Shown: positions 36,568 through 50,345 of the stretch, one piece after another | Layout: every line of letters starts with the position of its first letter | Numbering within the stretch: position 1 is the first letter of the stretch | Origin: Octopus bimaculoides | Lineage: Eukaryota | Assembly (NCBI RefSeq): GCF_001194135.2 | Contig: NC_068985.1 | Span: 54,231,908 to 54,295,907, forward strand | Length of the DNA: 64,000 nucleotides | Reading direction: 5' to 3' | Notes under the pieces: model-generated | What the model was told of the DNA's origin: nothing | Database searches by the model: none | The model's input: the letters and a program-made list of their open reading frames with translations, nothing else | Made by a program: the position numbers and the translations under genes

Positions 36568-38615
36568 CATGCACGTGCCCGTGTGTGCACATACAAGTGT
36601 GTGCATTTGTATTTCTAGCTTGGCATCATGCACAAATTGTAAACATGTATCACTGTTATACAAGAAGTACTGTTTGATTGCAATCTGTAGTGAAACCCTG
36701 TCCATTCATATTTGTTGTTCATGTTTGAAGGAGTCGGGGAAGTATTACCTTGATTGGAAACAAGCAATGTTTGGTGGTTGAAAGTGCATCCCATCACAGA
36801 AAAAAACGAAATCTGCCTCAATAAATTCTGTAGAGAAGTTGACAATCAAACAATGATGATAAAAGACAGGAAAATCCAGCTATTTTCAAAGTAAACAAGA
36901 ACTTGAGGTATCTGACTCCTAAGTCTCATTTATTTAGGAAAATGAATGTAAACAAAAGGCAGGGTTATATAATAGGTTAAATATTAAACTGCAATACAGT
37001 ATTGTCCAAGTGTTGTCTTTTCCTTTTTCTGTATATTTGAACTTGCCAACAATCCACTGTTGTTCAAGATGGTCCAGTGAGTGTATTTGAAGTTGTAAGA
37101 ATAAAGCAAGAGAAATCTTGGAAACAATAGAATGTCTGTGAATTGATATAGGTTTGGTGGGAAAAGCAAATTTGCTTGAGAACTGTAATTTTGACAGCGG
37201 GGAGGAGAGAGGAGTACATAAATAATGTGATAAGCATTTAAAATATAAAAGAGGAAATTAGTCTAACATTCATGGATTTAATAAAATACAAATACATGGG
37301 GTATATAAGTTATGTAAACAGTGTCAGTAGTGACAAGGTAGGCTTTATAGACAATAATAATGTTTCAATTTAAAAAGCATACTCTCTATGTATATGAAAT
37401 AAAAATATATGTAAACATAAATGTATGAACTTGAATGTAGAAGTGATTTAAAGAGACTATTTGAATTTGCTTAAACCTATTGATATGAATTATTTATCTC
37501 TTAAATAAGCAGATTATGTTATGGTTAGAAAGTAGAGCAAAGATAAGTAAAATACATATAGCTCATCACAAGAATGGAATGTGTCCGCTTGCCTTAAATA
37601 GGCTACTAGATTATGATGTGATACCAGGAGAGAGAAAAAAATATCTCCTTTCCTCTCAAGGAGTAAGTGGAGACAGAAAGGTATCTTTACCGAAGAAAAA
37701 TGTAGTTGTATGATAGCGATAGCATTAAGTGTTAACAGAAGACTGGCTCAAATAAACAAATTTAGAGAACATTGTCTTTCATTGCAAGAGTGTCTGTTTT
37801 CTGAAAGCATCAAATAAATTGGTAAATAGACAAGAGTGCTAACTCAAAAGTACTAAATATGGTACAGTAATTAGTTAAGCTAATTGGCAAAAGAAAAAAA
37901 AAGTATTATGGATAAAACGTATTAGCAAAGGAATGCATCTATAAGTGATATACAGATTGGTCCCAAGTGTAGACAACACGACATAAACATCAGAAAAGGT
38001 TTTCAGATGTTAAATGGTATTAAAAAAATACAGGCTATTCATAATTAAAGGGTAGATGTTTAGCATGTACCCAGTATCTTAAAAGAAAATTCAAGCCACA
38101 GATGTTTTGTAGATCCTTGTGATTCTTAGCAATGATTAAAAAATCAGGATATGAAAAAATTTTGGCTCAAAATTCTAGCACAAAAGTGCAGGATCAATAA
38201 AATTATAGGAGGCATTAATAAAAACAGAAACTAGTGTATAGATATGTGTGCATACATATATGCAATACAAATAGATATGTATATCAATAAATCTATAAAT
38301 AAACCCACCCTACCATTAATCATAGTTTGCGGATGTTGTGCCAATATTATTTAGAATATTTAAACAATTCTTTCAAATATGTACAATACTCCACTAAGCA
38401 TATTTCTTGTACATCACTACCAACATTCTCTCCAGCCAACATAACATCCAACCAATGTTTAATTGATCTCTACATTATCAACACTGGTTATCTCAGAAAC
38501 TGCTTAAGTGCAAATGACTACAAAGTAAAATAATTTGCTTTTTCAAGTGTAGGCTACTCCTCTTGGTAGAAAGAAACCAAAGAGAAACCCATCGTGTGTG
38601 TATGTGTGAGTGATT

Positions 38616-38662
<47 letters not shown>

Positions 38663-38881
38663 NNNNNNNNNNNNNNNNNNNNNNNNNNNNNNNNNNNNNN
38701 NNNNNNNNNNNNNNNNNNNNNNNNNNNNNNNNNNNNNNNNNNNNNNNNNNNNNNNNNNNNNNNNNNNNNNNNNNNNNNNNNNNNNNNNNNNNNNNNNNNN
38801 NNNNNNNNNNNNNNNNNNNNNNNNNNNNNNNNNNNNNNNNNNNNNNNNNNNNNNNNNNNNNNNNNNNNNNNNNNNNNNNNN
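38663..38881. other. Assembly gap (one of five: 22193-22267, 26774-26850, 38663-38881, 46265-46444, 62492-62650)
   Basis: N runs, each flanked by simple repeats. Confidence 0.99.
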
Positions 38882-38919
<38 letters not shown>

Positions 38920-38969
38920 CACACACACATACATCATATATACATACATACATATATATATATATATAT

Positions 38970-39365
38970 CTTTACTCTTTACTTGTTTCAGTCATTTGAC
39001 TGCGGCCATGCTGGAGCACCGCCTTTAGTCGAGCAAATCGATCCCAGGACTTATTCTTTGTAAGCCTAGTACTTATTCTATCGGTCTCTTTTGCTGAACC
39101 GCTAAGTTACGGGGACGTAAACACACCAGCATCGGTTGTCAAGTGATGTTGGGAGGGACAAACACAGACACACAAATACACATATATATATATATATACA
39201 TATATGACGGGCTTCTTTTCAGTTTCCGTCTACCAAATCCACTCACAAGGCTTTGGTCAGCCTGAGGCTATAGTAGAAGACACTTGCTCAACGTGCCACG
39301 CAGTGGGACTGAACCCGGAACTATGTGGTTGGTAAGCAAGATACTTACCACACAGCCACTCCTAC
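38970..39365 (-). mobile_element. SINE family A, young full-length copy
   Basis: Reverse complement of the consensus seen at 26576-27045. Confidence 0.9.
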
Positions 39366-39378
39366 ATATATGATTATA

Positions 39379-39412
<34 letters not shown>

Positions 39413-40470
39413 TATAAATACACACACACACACACATATATATATACATACACATATTGTATAAATCTATACACAAACACACACATGTATATATATATAT
39501 ATATACGTTATCTAAGAAACATATATACATTTATATATACATGATATATATTTATATTACATACACATTCATGTGTATTTGTGTGTGCACATGCACATGT
39601 GTGTTTGCTCACGTAAACAAAGATTACACGGCTCAAGTGGTGGTTTTGTGTCACTTGTCCTGTCAATAAGTCACTTGCTTGTTTCATGCTTCAAAAATGT
39701 GGAATAAGAAGATCACTTAGTTGAAAAATAAAACAGATTAGAGCATCCAACAGGAAGGACATCTAGCTGTACAATGCCCGAAAAACATATTCATCTAACA
39801 CATACTAGCCGAAGGGAAAAAACCCACAGAGCTAAAAATGAATAAATGAAAGAGCAGAAATGATTCAAGCCAAGTAAACTTAACAAAAGTATTTTACTAA
39901 CATTCTTTTCCTGTTTACTCAAGCTATTAATTACTCTTATTTCAACTCCATTAAAAGAATTCGAGTTTTTAGTTAAAACTAGCAGACCTGAAGTACATGA
40001 CATATTGAAGAACGGATGTGCAGAATGAATCCGATACCTTGAAAGTTGTAATTAATTAAGTCCTGGGTATATGCTGAATAGAATCATGAAGAATATATAC
40101 TACGAACAGATATCATTTGCATCATTATAATTAATTCGAAGCAAGACTTTTAAAATACTGAGAGCTACCAAAAGATATTCAAAGCAAAAGATAATCATCA
40201 TCATTGTTTTAATGCTCACTTTTTCATAGATGGAGTTTACTGAGACAGATTTCTCACAGCTGGATGTTCTTCATATTGACAACCATTACTGGCTTATGAG
40301 CAAGGTAAGGGCTCACAACATATATACACACACACATATAGATAGAGAGAGAAAAAGAGAGATTTTTTTAATTTTAGTATTTTACTCAGGGATTTGTGAT
40401 ACTAATAACCTGGGCCAGAATTCAATATACATATGCTTCAAAATAAAGTGTTAGTTAGCTACAGAGCAGT

Positions 40471-40745
40471 AATAAGAAATTGAGATGGCAAGGGAATAAA
40501 CAATTATCTTACGAACTTCATTAGCTTACAGCTGTTTCTGCTACAGGCTGCAGTGGAGTCAATTGTGTGTCTGAGTATCTTATAGCTTCATTGGAGCCTA
40601 AAACCATAGTTGAGTACCTGTGAAGTTATAAAGTGATACTCAAGCACTCAACTATGAGTCCACTGCATTCTGTAGCAGAAACAGCTGTAAGCTAATGAAG
40701 TTCATAAGATAATTGTTTATTCCTTTGTCATCTCAACTTCTTATA
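40471..40745. repeat. About 275-bp fold-back element (MITE-like)
   Basis: ataagaaattgagatggcaagggaataaacaattatcttacgaacttcattagcttacagctgtttctgctacag pairs with the reverse-complement arm ending at about 40745. Loop at about 40590-40621. Confidence 0.9.
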
Positions 40746-42074
40746 CGTGTGTGTGTGGGGGGGAGGCTTCTTTCAGTTTCTGTCAGCCAAATACACACAC
40801 AAGGGATTAGAAGACTCCTGACCAAGGTGTCACAGTGTGAGACTGAACTCAAAACTATATAGTTGGGAAGCAAAGTGCATAGCTATGCATGCACTTATCA
40901 ACATAGGCATGTCTGCACCAATTATAAACAATACAGCGGCATTTTTTTTTATATCACACACACACACACTATGCTAAAATGTGTATATAAGTTAATAAGT
41001 ATGCATGGATATCAATCTGAAAGCTCTGTTAACCAGTGTTATATCTTAGTGATGAATCTATTTAGAAAACAAGTTTGATAGTAAAATACAGAGGTAAATA
41101 CTACACTAACCAATATGTATAATGAATAACTGAATGAAATGATGAAGCAGTGTGTTCTAAATGTAATAAGAATAATGTATAGATTTACAGGAAATCAAAC
41201 CGCTATGATAGGTTCACAGATCACAATTCCTAAACTACAACTGTCATTTAGTTTAATTCTCTTTATTTTCAGAGAAAATAAAGTAGGGTTCCTACTAGCA
41301 CAATTATCTAAAGCTAGACCAGAAAGAGAAAGAGCACCAGATGGGACATAAATCCATGTTTCCTGTATATGTTCTTTGTTTCTCTTTATTCTATTTCAAT
41401 TTAATTTGTTCAATGTTCCCTATTTATATCATCAATCTCACCAGTCTCAGAAGGGCTGTGAAGGTCATGAGCCTTCCTCCAGACCAAACCAGAAAAGAGA
41501 CACTACTACTACTACAACTGTTACTACTACTACTGCTGCTGCTGCTACTACATCAACATCATCATCATAACCACCACCACCACAACACCCATCCCCCCCC
41601 CCATGCTAACATGTGTTGAATATAATTATTGATGACACATTTTACAGCAAGATGCCCTTATTGTCACCAACTCTTACTTGTGTAAGGGTTGGCAAGAGAA
41701 AAGAATAATCCTAACTTAATGACAATTAATGAGTTTCATATAAATAAGAGTTAATAATGGATGGACCTATATAATAGCTAGCTTCTTTTCATCTGACTCC
41801 ATGACAACTTCCTTGTCTTTCTTTAAGACATTCTAACATCTAACACTATAATAAACATTGTCCACTTTTCCATGCTTGCATGGGTTGGATGGAGTTTATT
41901 GAGGCAAATTTTCTAATGCTAGACGCCCTTCCTATCATCAGCTATTACCTGTTTCCAAGAAAGGTAATATTTCCCCCATGGTCAAAAGTGTTTTCACAGA
42001 AGATTCAAAATGAATAATGCTAGTTACACTCATTTACAACCACCATGCAAAGATAATGAAACAGAAACACACCA

Positions 42075-42112
<38 letters not shown>

Positions 42113-42118
42113 TACTTA

Positions 42119-43026
42119 CAGTGTTTGGGCTAAATTTGACATTTTTTTTTTTGTGTTTCGTCTTTTTAATTTTTTTTTTAAGAACAGCTTGATGCATTGG
42201 TGAATAGTCAATGGTGTTGGAGATCATAAAGTTTATAGTTGTAGTTGAGAAAAAGTTAACTGACTTGGGGGACTGGAAGCCATCTGAATATTGGAAAATA
42301 GATACCTGTATCATAATGATTTATGCCAGGTGTCAAAATGCTGACATCATGACTGTTTCCCGATGCTCTGTGAACACTATAAAGACTGCAAGACATGACA
42401 TGGACAGCTGCAATGGAGGCTATGAAGCTGTGACCAGTAGGAAAGGACACAGTAGGCAACATGACAGTGTTCACATGCCAGAATTCATCCCCACAACTTT
42501 GAGCAGGGCCTTAAACTCAGTTCAGATGGCTATGTGAAGCTGCTGGAGACTGTAGTCAATCCTTGACTGGAAAGAGTTGCTGCTGGAAGGCCATATGTGT
42601 GGTAACAGGATTCAGCTCCTTCCAGAAAGAGCCAGAGATGGTTGTCAGAAAATTTCTATAACTTCACCAGCATCAATTTCTGGCTTCTAAATTCTCCCAA
42701 TTGTAATCCCATGGATTATTGCATATGGGGCACAGCTGAGAAAGACGCCAAGCATTCTGCTTGCAACACTAAGGCCAAGCTAGTGTCCAAAGATTAAGGA
42801 GGTGTTTGAATATGATCTTAGTGAGGAACACATGTACCAAGTACCAGAGTTATTTTGAGGCTCTGGTGGAAGCTGAGGGCAGCTACTTTGAGTAAATGGT
42901 CATCTTCTAGACATAATCTAGTTAATATTTTTTTCAATTTTTTAAAAAATACATTTTATTTTTTGAAGGGATATTGTATTTTCTTTTCCTCTCATGCAAA
43001 CAATCAAATTTAGCCTGAACACCCTA
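42119..43026 (+). mobile_element. Tc1/mariner maT (DD37D)-like transposon fossil, internally deleted
   Basis: Imperfect TIRs cagtgtttgggctaaatttgac and tcaaatttagcctgaacacccta, TA-flanked. C-terminal remnant SDGYVKLLETVVNP*LERVAAGRPYVW*QDSAP...NSPNCNPMDYCIWG...VEAEGSYFE. D-to-D spacing here is 34 with the usual xHT after AP missing, so 37 is an inference. Confidence 0.8.
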
Positions 43027-43910
43027 TATATATATAATGGGCTGCTTTTAGTCTCGGTCAATGAAATCCACCCACAAAGCTTTGGTCAGCCAAGAGTCAT
43101 AGTAGAAGATACTTGCTAAGGGTGCCATGCAATGGGACTGAAACTAAAACCACATGATTAGGAAGCAAACTTCTTAACCACACAGCTATGCCTGTCTGTG
43201 CCTATGTTCTAGAATCTTGCATGTTGCTCTCAGTTCCAACAGATATACTTAAGAACAAATCCTCACTTCTCTTTTTTACACAACGCTCACGACAAAACCC
43301 CTCAAAATATTTCTGCTGATTTGCTACAGATCTGCCTTCAATGTGCAAGGCTTTTCCTATAGATCATACAACCTAATGGTTCTTATGCAGAGAAATCTCT
43401 TTTGTCATGAAATTATTTCTACCCAATTTACATTAGACACTAATTAGATTACCTAGGTAAGATAACCTAACTACCATTTGCAGTTACTGCCAGTAATCAT
43501 AGGTGCATATAGTGCAGTTCAAATATGCAGCCAGACTATTCACATTACATAGTTAATATATATATGATGTTATGAATATATCATGCTATAATCCTTATTC
43601 ACTAATCATTGCACAAGATAGAGGATATAGAGTTACTACATTGATAATATAATGAAGACAGGGAAAAGAGGTGTTATGCAGATCTGGAGTAATTTAATAA
43701 ACAAGTAGATAAATCTATGTAAGTTATGATAACATTAAAGAATGAAGACCATTATAAATTTGATGGTGGTGATGATAACATCAATTAATTTTGATAAAAT
43801 AAATTTTGTTGGCTTGGAAACATTAAGTTACAAGTCACATCAATCTGAAAAAAAATCTTTATGAAAATGAAACCATTTTTTATAAATGAAAGCAAAATGT
43901 CTTGACTTAC

Positions 43911-43968
43911 ATTTGATGAGGTTGACAACTTCAATGTGGTTTAAACTTAATGCTGAAGTACCATTCAC
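43911..43968 (-). CDS. ARHGEF11/12: Internal coding exon (58 nt, phase 0 to 1) of the same RhoGEF; encodes VNGTSALSLNHIEVVNLIK plus the first base of the next codon
   Basis: Minus strand reads ttctttttctcatattctacag|GTGAATGGT...CTCATCAAAT|gtaagt. The peptide matches LARG VNGTLVTHSNHLEVVKLIKS (PDZ betaD to alphaB). It lies inside track ORF 43840..44196. Confidence 0.92.
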
Positions 43969-44318
43969 CTGTAGAATATGAGAAAAAGAACAATCAAAAT
44001 TATCTTTGAACCAAATAGGAAGCACCAAATTGGAGAGGAACATCTGTATTGAATCCCTCTCAATGAAATGAATGAAGATTTTTTTTAAGTACAAGTCTTT
44101 TGTTTTGTTTGTTAGTTTTTTTTCAAAAGCAAAATTACAAGAATTTGTCATTACTTCTTTATAATGAAGTATTTGCAATTCAGGAATGAAAAACAAATTT
44201 AATATACTGCCATTTTATTTCAGTAAAATTATAGAAGAGTGTAATAACATAATATTTTCAGGATTTTCTTGTAACAGTTTGGAGAGAGAGAGAGAGAAAG
44301 AGAGAGAGAGAAAGAGAG

Positions 44319-44414
44319 ACAGACAGACAAACAGACAGCAGACAGACAAACAGACAGCAGACAGACAAACAGACAGCAGACAGACAAACAGACAGCAGAC
44401 AGACAGACAGACAG
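44319..44414 (+). repeat. 19-bp minisatellite (ACAGACAAACAGACAGCAG) x about 4 within a (CAGA)n/(GA)n tract
   Basis: Read directly from the sequence. Confidence 0.9.
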
Positions 44415-44449
44415 AGGTTTTGCTCCCGGCCTTCATGCATCCTCTGTCA

Positions 44450-44750
44450 GATCTATACAGTTGATGCTCTCCGACAACTGCAAATTCACAGCCACAACAA
44501 AAACATGAGTAGTAAAGGAGTTCCAGAAGACTGATGTTCTGAAGGGGGAAGGCGTGGGTGTAGTGACTAGTGCAAAGCCTGGGGGTAGAAAAGGGAAAGA
44601 GCAAAATATAGGAGACAGGTGAGTCAAATGAATTTGAGTGAACATGGCATAAGATCAGTTAGCTCCAAGAAGAGAGGGTACTGTTGTAGCAGTAAAAAAG
44701 ACAGTGAAGGTACAGCATATCTAGGCCAAAAGATACCAGGGTGAGTGACT
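44450..44750 (-). mobile_element. CR1-group LINE 3' coding end, decayed
   Basis: FRTSVFWNSFTTHVF..AVNLQL resembles the CR1-group RTS.LWNSLP..VFP...NL C-terminal motif; ends at a (CAGA)-type repeat. Confidence 0.55.
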
Positions 44751-46872
44751 TCATGTCAAGCAGTCAGGAGGCTTTTTTTTATTTCAGTTTATTTTTACTT
44801 TTTATTTGGGATGAAGTCAAGGATGCTTACAGATTTGTACAAATCATTACTGTCACTGTCATTATCAACCTCCTAATCCTCTCTGTCATCATTGTGTAAC
44901 ATCCACTTCACCATGTTTACATTGGTTAGACAGAATTTGTTGAGGCAGATTTCCTACAACTGGGTGGTCTTCCTATCATCAACCCTCAGCTGTTTCCAAG
45001 CAAGGTAGTATTTACCCCATGGCCAGACATGTTTCTCAGAGAAGACTAGAAACAAGCAACATCACTTGTATGATGATGCTCATTTACAACCATTTCATGA
45101 TGTCAAGAAAAGGGTACACATGCAAGCATGCATGCGTGTATGTATGCACATGTATGTAGATATATGTGCGTGTGTGTATATATATATATGTGTGTGTGTA
45201 TTTATATATGTTGTATCTGTGTGTGTATATACATGTATGTATGTATATGTGTATGTGTGTATGCTGGGCTTCCTTCAGTTTCTATTTGCCAGAACTCACT
45301 CACAGTAAGGAACTATAGCAGAGGACACTTGCTCAAGGTGCCACACAGTGGGACTGTACTCAAGACTGCATACTAGGGGAACAAGCTTCTTAACTGCAGA
45401 CACGTATGAATGATGATGATAAGATCATCTAGGATTAAGCATTTACAAATACAATTTGAAAGATGTGAAAGAAAAATACCAACATCAATATCCTTGATCT
45501 GTCATACAAAACAAAATTTTCCTGTTTGATCGATGCATTTTGAGAAGAATTTATAACAATAAGAACTTGCCTTTCTGTCTTTTGAGAAAACTGAACCATC
45601 TTATTCAGTCAATGGTACTTTTGAATAAAATGGTAGAATATAATCATCATCATTTAACAACCATATTCCATACTAGCACAGACTGGCTAGTTTCACAGGA
45701 AATGATGAGTTCAAGGATTGCATTATGCTCCGCTGTCTGTTTCAGAAGGTTTCAACTGTTGAATGCCCTTCCTAACACCAACCACTTTACATTATGTCCT
45801 GGATACTTTTATCATGACCCCAACCTTAGTGAAGTCGCCATGTAGCTTGCAAGATTATGAAACCCAAGAAAGGTGGCTTTTATGCTAACAGATGATGGGT
45901 TGAAGTATGAGAGAAGGAGCCTGAGGAGAGCAGGTTTCTTGCTATAAAGGAGCTACATGGCTACTCAAATTATAGAAGAGTGAGGGTAGTGATGACAAGG
46001 ATGGAGCTGGGAAGAGATAAAAATAGTGGTGATGGGGTAACTGGGTGAACCTTCAAGTACAAGCGGAGAAAGTGTGAGTGGGGACAGAGGAACCAGGAGT
46101 GAGGGTGAATATGGGTTGCAGGTTGGTATGGGAGATGGCGGTGACAATGATGAAAGTATACTTGTCATCAATATATTAGAATAAATATATCTATCTACAC
46201 ACACACAAGCCTATCACATGAAGCATCAATGTGTACATGGGTGTGTGTGTGTGTGTATATATATNNNNNNNNNNNNNNNNNNNNNNNNNNNNNNNNNNNN
46301 NNNNNNNNNNNNNNNNNNNNNNNNNNNNNNNNNNNNNNNNNNNNNNNNNNNNNNNNNNNNNNNNNNNNNNNNNNNNNNNNNNNNNNNNNNNNNNNNNNNN
46401 NNNNNNNNNNNNNNNNNNNNNNNNNNNNNNNNNNNNNNNNNNNNNTAATATATAATATATATATATATATATAATATATAATATATATATATATATATCA
46501 TCTTTGAAGAATGGCTTCTGATTTAGGCACAAGGCCAGCAAATTTGAAGGGGGGGAATTAGCTGATATCATCAAGCCTAGTACTTGACTGGGGAGAAAGT
46601 AAGTGAATTATATTGACTCCAGTATTCAGCTGGTACTTGTTTTATCAAGAAAGAAAGGCAAAGTCAACATCAGCAGAATTTGAACTCAGAACATGAAGAC
46701 AGACAAAATACCACTAAGCATTTTGCCTGGCATGCTAATGGTTCTGTCAGTTCACTGCCTTAAATTGTGTATATACAATATGTGATATAATGTGTGCATG
46801 TGTGCACAAATATGTGTATGTGTGTGCACATACGTGTGCCAAAATTTGAAATCATTATATATATATATATAC

Positions 46873-46909
<37 letters not shown>

Positions 46910-47989
46910 CGATGCCCCACTTTCAGCTTCTGTGTACCAAGTTTGCTCGCAAGACTTTGGTTGGCCTGCAGTTACAGTAGAAGTATATAAGGTGCTACAC
47001 AGTGAGACTGAACCCCAAATCACATAGATGGGAAGTGAACTTCTTAACCATACATCCAATCATACTTGCACCCACATACATATGGACAGATACACACATA
47101 TACATACAAACACATGAACATGCATACATAAGTGTGTATGTATGTCTTCTATGCTGGACATCACATACTGACTGTTAACAAACACCACTGTCGTAACAAA
47201 TAGTGCTATTCATTTGCAATCTTTCATAAAAATCTATCTAGCCATTCTCTGGTCCATGCTTGAAGGACAAGGAAATATTTCTTTACTTGGAAGCAGGTGG
47301 TGACTGGCAAGAAGGGCGTCCAGTGATAGAAAATCAGCTTTAATGAATCTTGTCCAACCCATGCATGCAAAACAACAGCAAAAATAATAACGATGTCTAC
47401 ATGTGTGTGGATGTGTCTGTAAACCAATTTTTATATAAATAAATATATATATATTATAGAGGTATGTATGTATGTGTGTACATGTGTATGCATATGTGTG
47501 TGCATGTATGCATGTGTGTGTGGCTATCTCTCTATCTAGACTCACACACACGCATGAAAATTATAGTAATTACTAGTCAACAAACACAGTTGATTTCAAA
47601 GAAATTATAGATTTTTCTTCACCATTGTTGGAACAATTAAATTATCTAAATTCATAAATGGGTTTAATGTAAAGTTAATGATGTTATGAGGTATCTGATG
47701 GGACATAAACTTCAACATATGAAAAAATGATAAACCTAGTTTGACAAATACAGCATACCAGACTTTATTGCAATTAGACAATATCAAATTACATACACAA
47801 TCAAATCAGAGCAAAAAGTCTGAGTGCAAAGCAATTTTGATTTTAATTCACAGCTATATTGTATGTATATGAGAATAAATAATGTATGACAAAGCAAGTG
47901 TGACTAGATCTCTCTAAAAGTAGTCGTAGACATATGTCTAACAGTGAAGTTTAATGCTAACTATATTAAAATTACTTGATCCATAGTCG

Positions 47990-48190
47990 GTTCATGTTTG
48001 TCCAAACCTTGGTGTTATTATGGACAATCGTGGGTCTTTCAATCAACATATCAATTAAATAGGCAGCCACTCCATTTTTGTTTTAAATAATATGAAAAAC
48101 TTCAGGAAATTTCAAACTTTTTACCAGAGCAAATTTCTTGACAATTTTATTATGGTTTCCAAAATTAACTATTCTAATTCTTCCTTTTCT
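47990..48190 (+). mobile_element. L2/CR1-group RT C-terminal fragment, decayed
   Basis: NLGVIMDNRGSFNQHIN and MVSKINYSNS resemble the NLGV.FD..LSF..HI and SRLDYCNS motifs. Confidence 0.55.
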
Positions 48191-48268
48191 CTAGATTCTC
48201 CAAACAACATGGAATATGTAAAATCTTCAAAACAATTTAACTCAAGCCACTGCTATGACAACCTTTAA

Positions 48269-48478
48269 CCCGTTAGTGTTTAAACTCAGCCATTTCAGGC
48301 CCAAATACTTTACATTTTATGACCAGATCTGATCCCTGTTATCTATCCTACAATATCATTTTAAAAATAAACAATCACATCATCAAAATTTTGAAGCTAT
48401 GAGATAATGTATGATTAATTCAAAACAATATGAATAAATAAGCATTACATTTCAGAGAGTATTCTGAATGCTGAAGGG
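48269..48478. mobile_element. piggyBac-like MITE, second copy
   Basis: ttaa|cccgttagtgttt ... aatgctgaaggg|ttac. Shares aagctatgagata..tgtatgattaa and other blocks with 21593-21769. Confidence 0.6.
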
Positions 48479-50299
48479 TTACAAAAGAGCACATCTTACA
48501 CATTGGCAAGCATACATTAGTAACTAATAATAGTTTCAAATTTTGGCACAAGGCCAGCAAGTTCAGGGGAGGGATTAAGTTGATTACATCAACCCCCCCG
48601 TGTTCAACTGGTACTTATTTTATCAAACTCAAAAGAATGAAAGGCAAAGTTGCCTACATTGGCATTTGAACTCTGAACGTAGACAGCTGAAATGCTGCTA
48701 GGTATTTCTCCCAATGTGCTAACAATTCTGCTAGCTTGACACCTTAAAATATTGGTTTCAAATTTTGGCACAAATTTGAACTTAGAATGTAGAGACAAAA
48801 CTCAGCAGAATTTGAACTCAGAATGTAGAAACAAAAGAAATGCTGCTAAGCATTTTGTCCAGCATGCTAATGATTCTGCTAGCTCACTGCCTTACATTGG
48901 TTACTAATAATGTAAGAGCACAGGCATAGATGTGTAGTTAGGAAGTTTGCTTCCAGCCCAAAAGGTTTGGGTCCAGTCCCACTACATAGCACCTTGAGCA
49001 AGTATCTTCTACTATTGCCTTGCAATGAGCAAAGCCTCATGAGTGGATTTGGTAGGCAGAAAATGAAAGCCCATCATGTGTGTGTCTCCCTCTCTCCTAG
49101 TCTTGATATCGTGTGATTGTTGTAAATGGATGTCATTCATTTCCAATATACAGTGGAAATATGTTTGGCCATGGAGGAAATATTACCATGCTTGGACAGA
49201 GGTGTAGGTTGGCAACAGGAAGGACATCCAGCCATAAACTCCATGCAAGCATGGAAAAATGGACATTGAAACAATGATAACAATGTTGTTGGTGATGTTG
49301 ATTATGATGACACGTATATATACATTGCTTCTTTATCAACCGTATCATATAGCCTATGATAAACAAGGAAGTGGTACTTGCCGCTATTTCAAATGTTACC
49401 ACAAACATATTTCTCAGTAAAAGTCTACAACACCGAAAGGTACCCACAAAACTGATTAACATGAAACTCCAGAGAATCAGAGATAAAATCTAGAGATAAA
49501 AATAATTACTTAATGCAACACTGATAACACGATTCATCTTTAAGTGCTGATAAATAGATAAATATACAAATACAAAAAAAAATACTTAATTAGAAATCTT
49601 ATAAAGATTCAAAAAAGGAAACAAGTGAAATTAGCTCTTTTTATTCTATGTTGCATAAATTTCTTCAATTAAAGATTACACAAATATGAAAATTCAGAAC
49701 AAAATTCTGACAACAGATGTTTTACGTGGAACTGGTTATCGTTGCCTCCTCACATGAATCAGTCAGCTTGTTAATTATTTGCAGCTAAATTAACTAAAAT
49801 ATTGTGTCTTGCCTTAGGTGACAATATGAATTTGCATGTTGCTCAATTCAAAAGTACATCACCTCAAAAATCTCAGCTGCTACATTCACATCGGTTTGTT
49901 AAAAGGTGGCTCTGTGGTTAAGAAATTCACTTTACAACCAAGTGGTGTCAGGTTCAATCTCACTGCTACTGCACACCACCTTGGGCAACTGTCTTCTATT
50001 ATAGTCATGGGTTGATCAATGCCTTGTGAGTGAATCTGGTTGATGGAAACTATGTGGAAGCATGTTGTGCGAGTGTGTCTTTGTGTTTGTGCACCCTCTC
50101 TTCTGTCACCATTTGACAGTTATTGTTGGTTTGTTTATGTCCTTGTAATGTAAAGTAGTGCTGCAAAAGAGATTAATCAAATAGATAAGATACCAGACTT
50201 GAAAATAAGTATTGGGGTTGATTCTTTCAACTACACCCTTCTTATATTTATCTAGGCTGTTTAACCAGTGATTCCAGTAAGCTAAAATAGCAATCATTG

Positions 50300-50345
50300 T
50301 TTATGGTGCTCTTTTTGAATTTATGGTGCTCTTTTTGAATTTATG
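50300..50345 (+). repeat. Perfect 20-bp tandem duplication
   Basis: ttatggtgctctttttgaat occurs twice, at 50301-50320 and 50321-50340. Confidence 0.95.

Noticed and set aside
39890-39987. Minus-strand acceptor/donor pair around GLLVLTKNSNSFNGVEIRVINSLSKQEKN
   Set aside because: Weak polypyrimidine tract and no resemblance to the expected RhoGEF sequence.
41273-41351. Plus-strand acceptor (ttctctttattttcag) followed by ENKVGFLLAQLSKARPERERAPDGT*, as a nested antisense gene's last exon
   Set aside because: No partner plus-strand exons or recognisable homology; a single acceptor plus 26 codons is expected by chance.
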